NCBI GenBank assembly: GCA_002433075.1
Contig: DJHM01000042.1
Location: 2,804-66,803 of the forward strand
Source of the DNA: Latescibacteria bacterium UBA6620
GTDB lineage: Bacteria > Latescibacterota > UBA2968
Reading direction: 5' to 3'
Length of the DNA: 64,000 nt
Below the pieces are notes generated by a model. The model searched no databases and was not told the origin of the DNA. It saw only the letters and a list, made by a program, of their open reading frames with translations. This document shows, piece after piece, positions 51,498-60,127 of this stretch. Numbering within the stretch: the stretch's first letter is position 1; each line of letters starts with the position of its first letter. Position numbers and translations under genes: made by a program.

Positions 51498-51840
51498 ACG
51501 CCACATCGTCGCAAAGACCGAGGAACTGGAACCGGGACATCGGAAGATCATTCGGCTCGGAAACCGTGAAATTGGCGTGTTCAACATCGACGGAGACCTC
51601 TACGGCCTTCGAAATATCTGTCCGCACCGAACCGGCCCCTTGTGCCTGGGCCGCTTGCGTCCCCTTGTAGTACCGATGGAATTCGGTTACGGCCACGAGC
51701 GGGAGAACGAAATCCTGAAGTGCCCCTGGCACCAGTGGGAGTTCGACATCAAAACGGGCATAAGCATCACCGATCCGGACATCCGCGTACGGTCCTACCG
51801 GGTCGAACGTGAAGGAGACAACATCGTCCTCTATGAGTAG
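51481..51840 (+). CDS. Rieske [2Fe-2S] ferredoxin
   Basis: CPHRTGPL and CPWHQWEFD; overlaps the amidohydrolase stop. Confidence 0.93.
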   Translation: MASATKRHIVAKTEELEPGHRKIIRLGNREIGVFNIDGDLYGLRNICPHRTGPLCLGRLRPLVVPMEFGYGHERENEILKCPWHQWEFDIKTGISITDPDIRVRSYRVEREGDNIVLYE

Positions 51841-52636
51841 AAGTCCGTTGAAAGTCGTCCGTGGTCTCCTGTCAGAAATCGGCTTCTCCAGCCTGCTCTT
51901 CGCCTCTCTTCTTCTTCCCTCTGAAGCTCTCGCGCAGTCCCCTGATCGGAACGAGTACGGAAACCCTCCTCCTCAGGTCTTCGAATCCGAAGACCGCGAC
52001 CGTTGGCAGAAACCCGAATGGGTTGTGGAACAACTCGCCATCGTCCCTGGAACGACTGTGGCCGACCTGGGAGCCGGGTCGGGATACTTTACCCGCCAGT
52101 TTTCCCGTGCCGTCGGCCCTTCGGGCAAGGTTCTCGCACTCGACGTCGACCCGACGATGCTGGCGCATATCGCCGAGGACCTGAACGCACTCGAACTGGC
52201 CAACGTCGATACCGTCCTCGTCCCCTTTGACAGCCCGGGACTGCCAGACCGTTCGGTCGATCTGTTGTTCCTGAGCAATACCCTGCATCACATCGAAAAT
52301 CGCACCGCCTATTACCCCCGAATGATCGACGTCCTGCATGAGGGAGGACGCGTTGCCGTCGTCGATTTCTACAAGAAGCCCCTGCCTCTCGGACCGCGAT
52401 CACTGTCCCACAAGCTGGCCAGGTCAGATGTCATTCGAGAGTTCACCTGGGCAGGCCTCCACATCACGGCCGACCTCGAAGACCTGCCGCATCAATACTT
52501 CCTGATCGCCAGTCCCATTCCCCAGTTCCTCAACGCTCGGCTTGTCTCTCAGAATCTGGCCACAGGCGGGCATCGCTCACTTGCAGACCTTCCGCAACCT
52601 GAGCTATCGAACAATTTTGAACCTCAGGCGTCCTGA
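51833..52636 (+). CDS. Exported class I SAM methyltransferase; probably the N-terminal part of a frameshifted fusion
   Basis: Signal-like N-terminus, RDRWQKPE, VADLGAGSGYF, LPHQYFL, followed by the start of a DUF442 domain. Confidence 0.8.
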   Translation: MSRSPLKVVRGLLSEIGFSSLLFASLLLPSEALAQSPDRNEYGNPPPQVFESEDRDRWQKPEWVVEQLAIVPGTTVADLGAGSGYFTRQFSRAVGPSGKVLALDVDPTMLAHIAEDLNALELANVDTVLVPFDSPGLPDRSVDLLFLSNTLHHIENRTAYYPRMIDVLHEGGRVAVVDFYKKPLPLGPRSLSHKLARSDVIREFTWAGLHITADLEDLPHQYFLIASPIPQFLNARLVSQNLATGGHRSLADLPQPELSNNFEPQAS

Positions 52637-52946
52637 TGAGGGCAGCGATGAGGAAGGTGTGCAGGTTCGTGCGTTGGGAATGAACTACGTCAACATTCCT
52701 ATCAGAGGCGCCACCATCGCTCCCGATCAACTCGGAGAATTCACGGCGGCATTGACCGATTCTGCCAATTACCCGATGTTGGTGCACTGCGCCAGCGCGA
52801 ATCGGGTGGGCGCGATGTTCTACCTTCATCGTGTGATACACGAGAAGGCTGATAATGCTACCGCGCTGTCGGAAGGGCGGGCAATCGGCCTGAAGCCGAC
52901 GTTGGAACCCGCGTTAACGAAATACCTGAAGGACCATCAACCGTAA
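52542..52946 (+). CDS. DUF442/Blh-like sulfurtransferase-phosphatase domain (out-of-frame continuation of the upstream gene)
   Basis: TILNLRRPDE, GMNYVNIP, HCASANR (CX5R). Confidence 0.7.
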   Translation: MSLRIWPQAGIAHLQTFRNLSYRTILNLRRPDEGSDEEGVQVRALGMNYVNIPIRGATIAPDQLGEFTAALTDSANYPMLVHCASANRVGAMFYLHRVIHEKADNATALSEGRAIGLKPTLEPALTKYLKDHQP

Positions 52947-52958
52947 CAGGAGGCAAGG

Positions 52959-53885
52959 GTGGAAAACGTAGTTGTTGTGGGGACAGGCTGCGCGGGCTAC
53001 ACCGCCGCGCTCTACACGTCGCGAGCTGGCCTCGAGCCCCTCGTTTTCGAAGGCGATTTACCGAACGGCCAACTTGGCACGACCACCCTGGTCGAGAACT
53101 ATCCGGGGTTCCAGGAAGGGATCGACGGGCCTGTATTGATGATGGATATGCGGGCACAGGCCGAAAGGTTCGGAACACGCTACGAGTACGGGCTGGTCAC
53201 GGACATCGACACGTCAGGTCCTCCCTTCAAGCTCACCATCGACGGCGACCGCTTCGTGGAGACCAAGACCGTCATCATCGCGACCGGGGCGAGTCCACGG
53301 TATCTCGGTCTCGAATCGGAAACCAAGCTCCTGGGCCACGGTCTCAGTTCCTGCGCGACCTGCGACGGCGCCTTCTTCCGCGACCAGGAGCTCGTCGTCG
53401 TAGGTGGAGGCGATACAGCGATGGAGGACTCGCTCTTCCTCACACGTTTCGCCTCGAAGGTGAATGTCGTACACCGTCGCGATGAACTCCGGGCATCCAA
53501 AGTGATGCAGGAGCGCGCGTTCGAGCACGACAAAATCGATTTCATCTGGGACACGGTTGTCACCGATGTCTACGACCCCGATCAGCAGACGGTCACCGGG
53601 GTGCAACTGGAGAACGTCAAGACGGGCGATAAAAGCGACTTCGATTGCCAGGGCGTGTTTATCGCCATCGGTCACGTGCCCAACACGAAATGGCTCGGCG
53701 GCAAGCTCGATCTCGACGAGAACGGCTACATCAAGGTCCAGTCGCCCACGACCTACACGAGTGTCGACGGTATTTTTGCCTGCGGTGACTGTGTCGATCA
53801 CATTTACCGCCAGGCCGTCACCGCCGCCGGCACCGGCTGCGGTGCCGCGATCGACGCAGAGCGCTGGTTGGCAGAGCGCGAGTAG
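52959..53885 (+). CDS. trxB: Thioredoxin reductase
   Basis: GYTAALY, VENYPGF, CATCDG, GGGDTAME, HRRDELRA, YRQAVTAAG. Confidence 0.96.
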   Translation: MENVVVVGTGCAGYTAALYTSRAGLEPLVFEGDLPNGQLGTTTLVENYPGFQEGIDGPVLMMDMRAQAERFGTRYEYGLVTDIDTSGPPFKLTIDGDRFVETKTVIIATGASPRYLGLESETKLLGHGLSSCATCDGAFFRDQELVVVGGGDTAMEDSLFLTRFASKVNVVHRRDELRASKVMQERAFEHDKIDFIWDTVVTDVYDPDQQTVTGVQLENVKTGDKSDFDCQGVFIAIGHVPNTKWLGGKLDLDENGYIKVQSPTTYTSVDGIFACGDCVDHIYRQAVTAAGTGCGAAIDAERWLAERE

Positions 53886-53887
53886 AA

Positions 53888-54628
53888 ATGTCACTGGACG
53901 CTGAACAGAAGACATTCTTCAAGGAGAACGGCTACGTCGTCCTCCACGACACCCTGACAGAGGATCAGATTCAGGCGGGCGTCGAAGCGATTTGGCCGCA
54001 CCTGGACGCAGACCGTGATGATCCTTCGACGTGGATTGGCGCGGGTCCGATTTCACCCAACTGCGGAGACGACCCGGCCCTGCTCGCCACGCTCTATGAC
54101 TCCTCCGTCTACGAAGCCGCCGAGTCACTCGTTGGCAAAGGCAAACTGACTCGGCCAACCTCTTTCGGCCCGAAGCTCAACTTCCCCACGGGCGATTCGG
54201 AATGGGCGGCGCCCGGTGTCCACCTTGACGGCTACTACACACCGACAAACGGTGTTGCTGAAGGGACCGTCGGCCGGTTCTTCGTCGGCGTGACGATGTA
54301 TCTCAGCCATCAGCATCCGACCGGGGGCGGTTTTACGGTCTGGCCGGGAACGCACCTCCAGTCGGCGGAATACTTCAAGACGAACGCGATGTTGAGTGTC
54401 AAGGGCGGCAACGTCCGCGATGTGTATGAATTGCCCGAACCTGTCGAAGTAACAGGCCCCCCGGGCACGGTCTGTCTATGGCACGGCGGGACCGTGCATT
54501 CAGCTTCGAAGAACTGCCGACCGGACATTCGTTTTTGTATGATCACCCGCCTGAATCACATCCAAAACAGCGACATCCTGTTTGAGTTTCCCGACGACCC
54601 CTGGGCCTACTGGGACGGCATCGACTGA
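53888..54628 (+). CDS. Phytanoyl-CoA dioxygenase (PhyH)-family protein
   Basis: FFKENGYV, HLD, GGFTVWPGTH, WHGGTVHS. Confidence 0.85.
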   Translation: MSLDAEQKTFFKENGYVVLHDTLTEDQIQAGVEAIWPHLDADRDDPSTWIGAGPISPNCGDDPALLATLYDSSVYEAAESLVGKGKLTRPTSFGPKLNFPTGDSEWAAPGVHLDGYYTPTNGVAEGTVGRFFVGVTMYLSHQHPTGGGFTVWPGTHLQSAEYFKTNAMLSVKGGNVRDVYELPEPVEVTGPPGTVCLWHGGTVHSASKNCRPDIRFCMITRLNHIQNSDILFEFPDDPWAYWDGID

Positions 54629-54748
54629 GCAGGAACACCGGATACCGGGGTCACCCTGGCGTCAGTCTCCCTGCCCCCCAAGTCTTTTCGTGCATTCCGC
54701 CTGCCTTGTCGTAGCAGTTGACAGGTGTGTTTCGCGGTAGAGTTTTCA

Positions 54749-55516
54749 ATGAACCTGGTATTCAGCCCCACACACTGCCCGAACGCCCAACTCCCCGAGG
54801 CCACCGACCTCGCCAGGCGCGCTGGTTTCGACCGAATCGAGCTCTTCCGTACCTGGACGCAGAGCAGCCCTGTCCATCCGAACTGGTCCGTTCGGATGGT
54901 CAGAGATCAGTTGGATGATGCGGCCTTACAGCTGACCAGCCTCAATATCCGAAACGTTACCGGCCGCAAAGCAGACAGCGACGAGCGAAATCTTCCCTAC
55001 AACCTTCGCCAGATCGAATGGGACATTCATCTCGCCCGAGCCCTCCGAATCAAAACGGCCAACATTAAGGGGGGGCAGCGCACCGATGAGGCGTTGAACG
55101 ATCTGATCGAAGGCGTCAACACACTCCTCGAGCGCGTTCCAGACTTCACTCTCAACCTAGGGAACCATCACGGAAACCGGCTGGAAGGCATCGAGGACTA
55201 CAAGGCCGTGATGCCGAACGTCGACGAACGCGCGCGCGTCCTCGTCGACACCGGCCACCTCCTGAGCGCAGGCCTCGACGTCCTGACCTTTGTCGAAACC
55301 TTCGCCGAGCGCATTGGCCTGGTTCATCTACGCGATCAGAAGGGGGAAACTCCGGTCCCGTTCGGGCAGGGCGACCTGCCGTTTGAGGACGTCCTTCGTG
55401 TTCTGGTCGACGTTGGCTACGACGGCCATCTTGTCGTCGAACTCGAACACGCGACCTGGGATCTCCCTGTGCGGGCGGCCGTGGACGCTCGTGACTTCGT
55501 GCAGTCACTTATCTGA
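54749..55516 (+). CDS. Sugar phosphate isomerase/epimerase (TIM barrel)
   Basis: AGFDRIEL, DTGH, VHLRD, PFGQG, GYDGHLVVELE. Confidence 0.85.
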   Translation: MNLVFSPTHCPNAQLPEATDLARRAGFDRIELFRTWTQSSPVHPNWSVRMVRDQLDDAALQLTSLNIRNVTGRKADSDERNLPYNLRQIEWDIHLARALRIKTANIKGGQRTDEALNDLIEGVNTLLERVPDFTLNLGNHHGNRLEGIEDYKAVMPNVDERARVLVDTGHLLSAGLDVLTFVETFAERIGLVHLRDQKGETPVPFGQGDLPFEDVLRVLVDVGYDGHLVVELEHATWDLPVRAAVDARDFVQSLI

Positions 55517-55523
55517 GCATCGG

Positions 55524-55880
55524 TTGAACACCCTCGGCAACCATCTCCTCGTCGAACTTTACGACTGCCCTCAGGACCGCCTGAACGACGCACCTTTTCT
55601 GGAGCGTACTCTCGAAGACAGTGCCAGGGACGCCGGAGCCACCATCGTCATCTCATCCTTCTACCCGTTCTCACCTCACGGCGTGTCAGGCGTGGTCGTC
55701 ATTACCGAAAGCCACCTCGCCATCCACACGTGGCCCGAGCGCGGCTACGCTGCTGTCGACGTCTTCACCTGCGGCGACGCCGTCGACCCTCGCTCGATTG
55801 CCGAAGCCATCGTCATTGCTCTGGGTGCTAAACGCCACGAAATCATATCCCAACCAAGGGGCGAGTTCGGCAAGCTCTGA
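55524..55880 (+). CDS. speD: S-adenosylmethionine decarboxylase proenzyme (class 1B)
   Basis: LGNHLLVELYDC, FSPHGVSG, TESHLAIHTWPE, DVFTCG; TTG start. Confidence 0.92.
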   Translation: MNTLGNHLLVELYDCPQDRLNDAPFLERTLEDSARDAGATIVISSFYPFSPHGVSGVVVITESHLAIHTWPERGYAAVDVFTCGDAVDPRSIAEAIVIALGAKRHEIISQPRGEFGKL

Positions 55881-55962
55881 TACACGGACGGTATTCAGCT
55901 GGCGACCAGCTGGAAGGTTGGCCGCGTGTGCCGCTGGCCTAGCAGCGGGGATGTAGCGCCTG

Positions 55963-56536
55963 CCCTGAGTAGGAGCGCAGCTCCGTATCGAAGGGAGGGC
56001 CGCGTGCTGTGGCAGTGAAGCGCACCCCTCAATAGCTTTCCCATCGGTTTTCTGCGAACGGTACTGTGTCCGACAATGACCTTGCTCAAAGGGTGACCGT
56101 GTGCACGAGTGTCCTCGTTGCGAAATGGCGGAGATGTATCGAGGGCCGCGCACTGTGGCGAAGATCTATGGCCTTCTATGTCTATATGCTCCTCTGCTCT
56201 GACGGTTCCTACTATACGGGCCACACGGACGCGATAGACACCAGGTGGGGACAACACAGGGCGGGCGAAGGAAGTCAGTACACGAAGAGTCGCCTGCCTG
56301 TGAAGTTGGTATGGGTGGGAAATTTCCCCACGCGGGAACAAGCCAAAGACTTCAAACTCAAGCTGAAGAAGTGGAACAGCGCAAGAAAGCGGTCCTGGCT
56401 GCCGGCGATGATGACGCGTTGTTGGAAGCAGCTAAAAAGTACGGGTGGGAAACTTACAGGATGAGAAAGCGAATCAAGCAGTGAAGCGCACCCCTCGATA
56501 CACCCCGGTCTTCGACCGGCATACTCGGGGACGAGG
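55963..56536. repeat. REP-like palindromic units flanking a GIY-YIG gene (empty plus filled element)
   Basis: CCCTGAGTA..hairpin..GTATCGAAGGG (55963-55995), CACGAGT..GTATCGAGGG (56104-56145), inverted copy CCCCTCGATAC..hairpin..TACTCGGGGACG (56491-56533); 19-bp direct repeat GCAGTGAAGCGCACCCCTC at 56012 and 56478. Confidence 0.8.
56168..56484 (+). pseudogene. Small GIY-YIG nuclease (UPF0213/YhbQ-like) with a frameshift near 56380
   Basis: MAFYVYMLLCSDGSYYTGHT...R..QH..G.GSQYTKSRLPVKLVW; the expected 'KKAVLAAGD' tail is in another frame. Confidence 0.85.
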
Positions 56537-56588
56537 ATGACCGCGTGCGCGGCAGATCGCCTCAAATAACCTCCCTTGGAGACCCGCG

Positions 56589-57611
56589 ATGCGTATCGGT
56601 GTAATCGGTACTGTCGGCCATCTTAACTACGTGCTCAATGGAATCCCCGTTCTCGACGGTGTCGAACTGGTCGCCGCGGCCGCGGGCACGCCTAACGAAG
56701 ACCTTGGTCGAATTCGAGCGCATAACGCGTTCTCAGACGAAACCATCTTCTACGACGACTGGATGACGATGTTGGACAAGGCCGATCTCGAGATTGTGGC
56801 GGTCTGCCGGCCGTACCCGATGAACGCCGAGGCCACCATCGCCGCGCTCGAACGAAACATTCACGTCGTCACCGAAAAGCCTGTCGCCACGACGTTCGAC
56901 ACCCTGAACAAAGTGGAGGAAGCACGAGCCGGAAGTAGCGCCAGGCTCACCACGATGTTTGGAATGCGGTTCGAACCCGCGTTCCGTGCGGCCAGGAAGG
57001 CTGTCGAAGACGGACGGATCGGTGAACCCGTACTCGCTGCGGGGCAAAAGTCTTACAAGTTCGGCAACCGACCCGAGTTCTTCAGGAATCGTGACACGTA
57101 CGGCGGATCGATCCTTTGGGTGGGCATTCACGCCGTGGACTTCGTGCGGTGGGTTTCCGGACTGGACTACACTCTGGTTACCGCACTGCACGGAAACGCT
57201 GCACATCCGGACTACCCGGGCTGCGAAGATCACGGAGGAATCCTCTACCGCTTCGCGAACGGCGGTACTGCCGTCATCAATCTCGACTACCTCCGCCCGG
57301 AAGGGGCCCCGACCCACGGTGACGACCGCCTGCGGATTGCCGGTACCGAGGGTATCGTTGAAGTCATCGATGCGGGTAGCCGTGCGGTTCTACTTCGCGG
57401 TGGGGCCACCGAGGATCTCCCGCTCGCGGAGTCCGTTAATCTACTCGTGGATTTCGTCGGCGACCTCCGGGGCGGCCCCTCCCACCTGATCGAACCCTAC
57501 GAAGCCACTTATGTGACCCGCCTTGCCCTGATGGCGCGTGAAGCCGCAGACCGGGGTAAGATCCTTTCTCTTCCGACACCGCCCGGTCAATCGAAAGTTT
57601 TCGGCCAGTAA
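56589..57611 (+). CDS. Gfo/Idh/MocA oxidoreductase
   Basis: HVVTEKPVA, GGSILWVGIHAVD. Confidence 0.9.
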   Translation: MRIGVIGTVGHLNYVLNGIPVLDGVELVAAAAGTPNEDLGRIRAHNAFSDETIFYDDWMTMLDKADLEIVAVCRPYPMNAEATIAALERNIHVVTEKPVATTFDTLNKVEEARAGSSARLTTMFGMRFEPAFRAARKAVEDGRIGEPVLAAGQKSYKFGNRPEFFRNRDTYGGSILWVGIHAVDFVRWVSGLDYTLVTALHGNAAHPDYPGCEDHGGILYRFANGGTAVINLDYLRPEGAPTHGDDRLRIAGTEGIVEVIDAGSRAVLLRGGATEDLPLAESVNLLVDFVGDLRGGPSHLIEPYEATYVTRLALMAREAADRGKILSLPTPPGQSKVFGQ

Positions 57612-57648
57612 CATCTGATTGGGCCCACCGTGCAGAAGCAGGCAAAGA

Positions 57649-57682
57649 GAAGCGAGGCCCGGTATGTCCATGGCCTCGCTTC
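57649..57682. terminator. Hairpin between convergent genes
   Basis: GAAGCGAGGCC / GGCCTCGCTTC 11-bp stem, no strong U-tract. Confidence 0.45.
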
Positions 57683-57708
57683 AGTATCCAAATGCGTTCG
57701 CGTAATCC

Positions 57709-58845
57709 TTACTTCCTCGGCACGATCTCGATAGGATACTCCGAGAGATTCTCGATGCCGTCTTCGCCGATGTAGAATGTGTTCTCGAGCCGTATTCCGA
57801 AGTTGAGCTCCTCGTTGTAGGCCCCAGGCTCACAGGAGAAGACATTCCCGACCTCGAAGATTCCCTCCCGATCTCTGTTCAGGTCCGGCATTTCGTGGGG
57901 CCGGATCCCGACAGCGTGCCCGGCGTGATGGATCAGTCCTACATCGACGAACTCGGGGATCTCCCGAATGCGGGCGTCGATCGTCCGAAACAACTCGGTC
58001 CCCCTCCCACCCGGTTTCACCAAATCCGGAACGTCCTCCAGGATGCCCTTGATGTGGTCGAAGACGCGTGCCTGAAAATCGGTCGGGTTTCCGTCCACCG
58101 CCCACGTGCGGCATAGATCCGACCAGTAACCGCGGTAGCACGTGTGGGCATCGATAGGGTAGAGTTCGCCCGCCTGGATCTCGTGGTCGCGGGCCCAGCC
58201 TCCCATCTCTGCGGCCTGGTAGTCGCCCCCGTGGAAAATGTTCTCGCCTACGGCCTCACGTGCGGCCAATTGACCTGCCGACAGAACCTCGAGCTCATTC
58301 ACACCCGGAGCCATCACCTTCTGTGCCGCAGTGTAAGCGGCGAGCCCGGCCTGCGCCGCCTTGCGCAGAAGGGCCAGCTCATCCGGGTCCTTCTTCTTTT
58401 GCAGATCCCGGATCATTCCGTCCACCGCGATCCACGTAGAGGGCCCAACGGCGTTGGCCACGGTATCGGCGAGGAGCTTCGGCGTGGCTTCTTCCTGGTA
58501 GCCAACCGTTCCCACCGCGGACTCTTCTGCGATTCGACCACGGACTGCCTCGTTAAGACACACCGTCAGGTCGGGATTCATCGTATACAGTTCGTTCCAG
58601 CCGTAAGTGACACGTTCGTCGACGAGTGCGGGGCCGTCTTCGACGTGAGACGCGAGCCAGCTCCCCCCTTCCGTCTTGAAGTAGAGCAGCGAGGGAAACG
58701 GAAACGACGGATAGTTACACAGAAGCTCGCCCGTCAGATAGTAAATCTCCCTTTGGTCCGTGATCACTGCGACGTCGATCCCATCCGCAGCCAGGGCAGC
58801 CCTGAGCCGGGCCTGACGATCTTCGCTCCCTTCTCGCGTCAACAT
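57709..58845 (-). CDS. M24-family (Xaa-Pro) peptidase-like protein
   Basis: GYWSDLCRT, HHAGHAVG, HE, EPG, GIRLENT. Confidence 0.88.
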   Translation of the reverse strand: MLTREGSEDRQARLRAALAADGIDVAVITDQREIYYLTGELLCNYPSFPFPSLLYFKTEGGSWLASHVEDGPALVDERVTYGWNELYTMNPDLTVCLNEAVRGRIAEESAVGTVGYQEEATPKLLADTVANAVGPSTWIAVDGMIRDLQKKKDPDELALLRKAAQAGLAAYTAAQKVMAPGVNELEVLSAGQLAAREAVGENIFHGGDYQAAEMGGWARDHEIQAGELYPIDAHTCYRGYWSDLCRTWAVDGNPTDFQARVFDHIKGILEDVPDLVKPGGRGTELFRTIDARIREIPEFVDVGLIHHAGHAVGIRPHEMPDLNRDREGIFEVGNVFSCEPGAYNEELNFGIRLENTFYIGEDGIENLSEYPIEIVPRK

Positions 58846-58992
58846 TCTCTGCCTCCTGTAGCCGGCCGTTTAGGCCGGTGAATTGACTCGGTCTGCAAAT
58901 GTCCTTACCTATTGCCCGATCCCGCTGAATGATAGACGACAACCCGCGACACTCAAAACGTTTTGCCGTCCGACAACCCTGTAGGAGCACAT

Positions 58993-60051
58993 ATGCCAGG
59001 TGGAAAGAAAGTTCGTATCGCCATCGTTGGAATGGGTATCGGCAAACCGAATGGCCGAGCCCTTTCGGGTCATTCAAAAGGTGAGGTCGTCGCCCTGTGC
59101 GACCTGGATTCAGACCGGATGACCGAGTTCGCGAAAGAACTGCCCGGCGACCTGAAGTTCTACACGGACTATAAAGCGATGTGCAGGGATCCCGAGATCG
59201 ACGCAGTGTTTGTCGGTACACCCAACCAATGGCACGTCCCGGTCGCCCTCGAGGCGATCAAGCGGGATAAACACGTCCTGGTCACGAAGCCTCTGGCCGA
59301 TTCCGAGCGGGCGGCGAAGCGACTCGTCAAGGCTGCGGAGGCGTCGGGCGTAGTGAATATGATGTCGCTCTCGACACGATTCGGTCCGGCCTGCAGTTAT
59401 CTGAGCAAGCTGTCACGGGAGGAGTATTTCGGCGAACTTTACTACGCGCGCGCCCGGAGTGTTCGAAGAAGCGGGATCCCGGCCTGGAACCTCGGCTTCA
59501 TACGAGAAGGCGGAGGTGCGTTCCGGGATATGGGGGTCCACGTGCTCGACGCGGCCTGGGCGATCCTCGGATTCCCGACTCCCGAGACCGTAACCGGTGT
59601 CGCCGGTGCGAAATTCGGGCCTCGAGGGATTCACTATCTGAGAACCGGGTCCGTCCCTCGATCCGTGGCCCGCCAATTCAAGGCCGACGACTACGCCGGA
59701 GGGTTCATTCGGTTCGAAAACGGGATCGGGTTGCAGATCGAAAGCTTTTGGGCATCTCATCAACCGGGAGAGTTCCAGATCGAGCTGTTCGGAACAGACG
59801 CCGGCGCCACGCTTTCGCCTCTGACACTCTTTCGGAGTGACGGACAGACTCCCTTGAACACAAGCGTCGACCTGCCGCGAGGAGGCGAGGCCAGTTGGAA
59901 CGCCATCGCCGACCACTTCATCACATCTGTCCTCGAGGGAAAGCAAGCCAGCGCGCCCCTGCGTCACGGGTTGATCGTCCAGCAGATGATGGAAGGGCTC
60001 CTGAAGAGCGCCAACGACGGGAAGGAACTCAGGCTGAAGATCGATCCTTGA
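58993..60051 (+). CDS. Gfo/Idh/MocA oxidoreductase
   Basis: IAIVGMG, TPNQWH, HVLVTKPL, GGGAFRDMGVH; AGGAG SD before ATG 58993. Confidence 0.92.
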   Translation: MPGGKKVRIAIVGMGIGKPNGRALSGHSKGEVVALCDLDSDRMTEFAKELPGDLKFYTDYKAMCRDPEIDAVFVGTPNQWHVPVALEAIKRDKHVLVTKPLADSERAAKRLVKAAEASGVVNMMSLSTRFGPACSYLSKLSREEYFGELYYARARSVRRSGIPAWNLGFIREGGGAFRDMGVHVLDAAWAILGFPTPETVTGVAGAKFGPRGIHYLRTGSVPRSVARQFKADDYAGGFIRFENGIGLQIESFWASHQPGEFQIELFGTDAGATLSPLTLFRSDGQTPLNTSVDLPRGGEASWNAIADHFITSVLEGKQASAPLRHGLIVQQMMEGLLKSANDGKELRLKIDP

Positions 60052-60127
60052 GCCTGGACAGCACCCCCTTCAATATCCTCCGAACATCGGCCAGGCTTGC
60101 CTGGATCTCATCCTTAAAGGGACTGCA

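Noticed and set aside
55963..56536. CRISPR array or IS with target-site duplication
   Set aside because: Only two or three degenerate units with no regular spacers or cas genes; no DDE/HUH transposase; the 19-bp direct repeat is part of the element end rather than a flanking TSD
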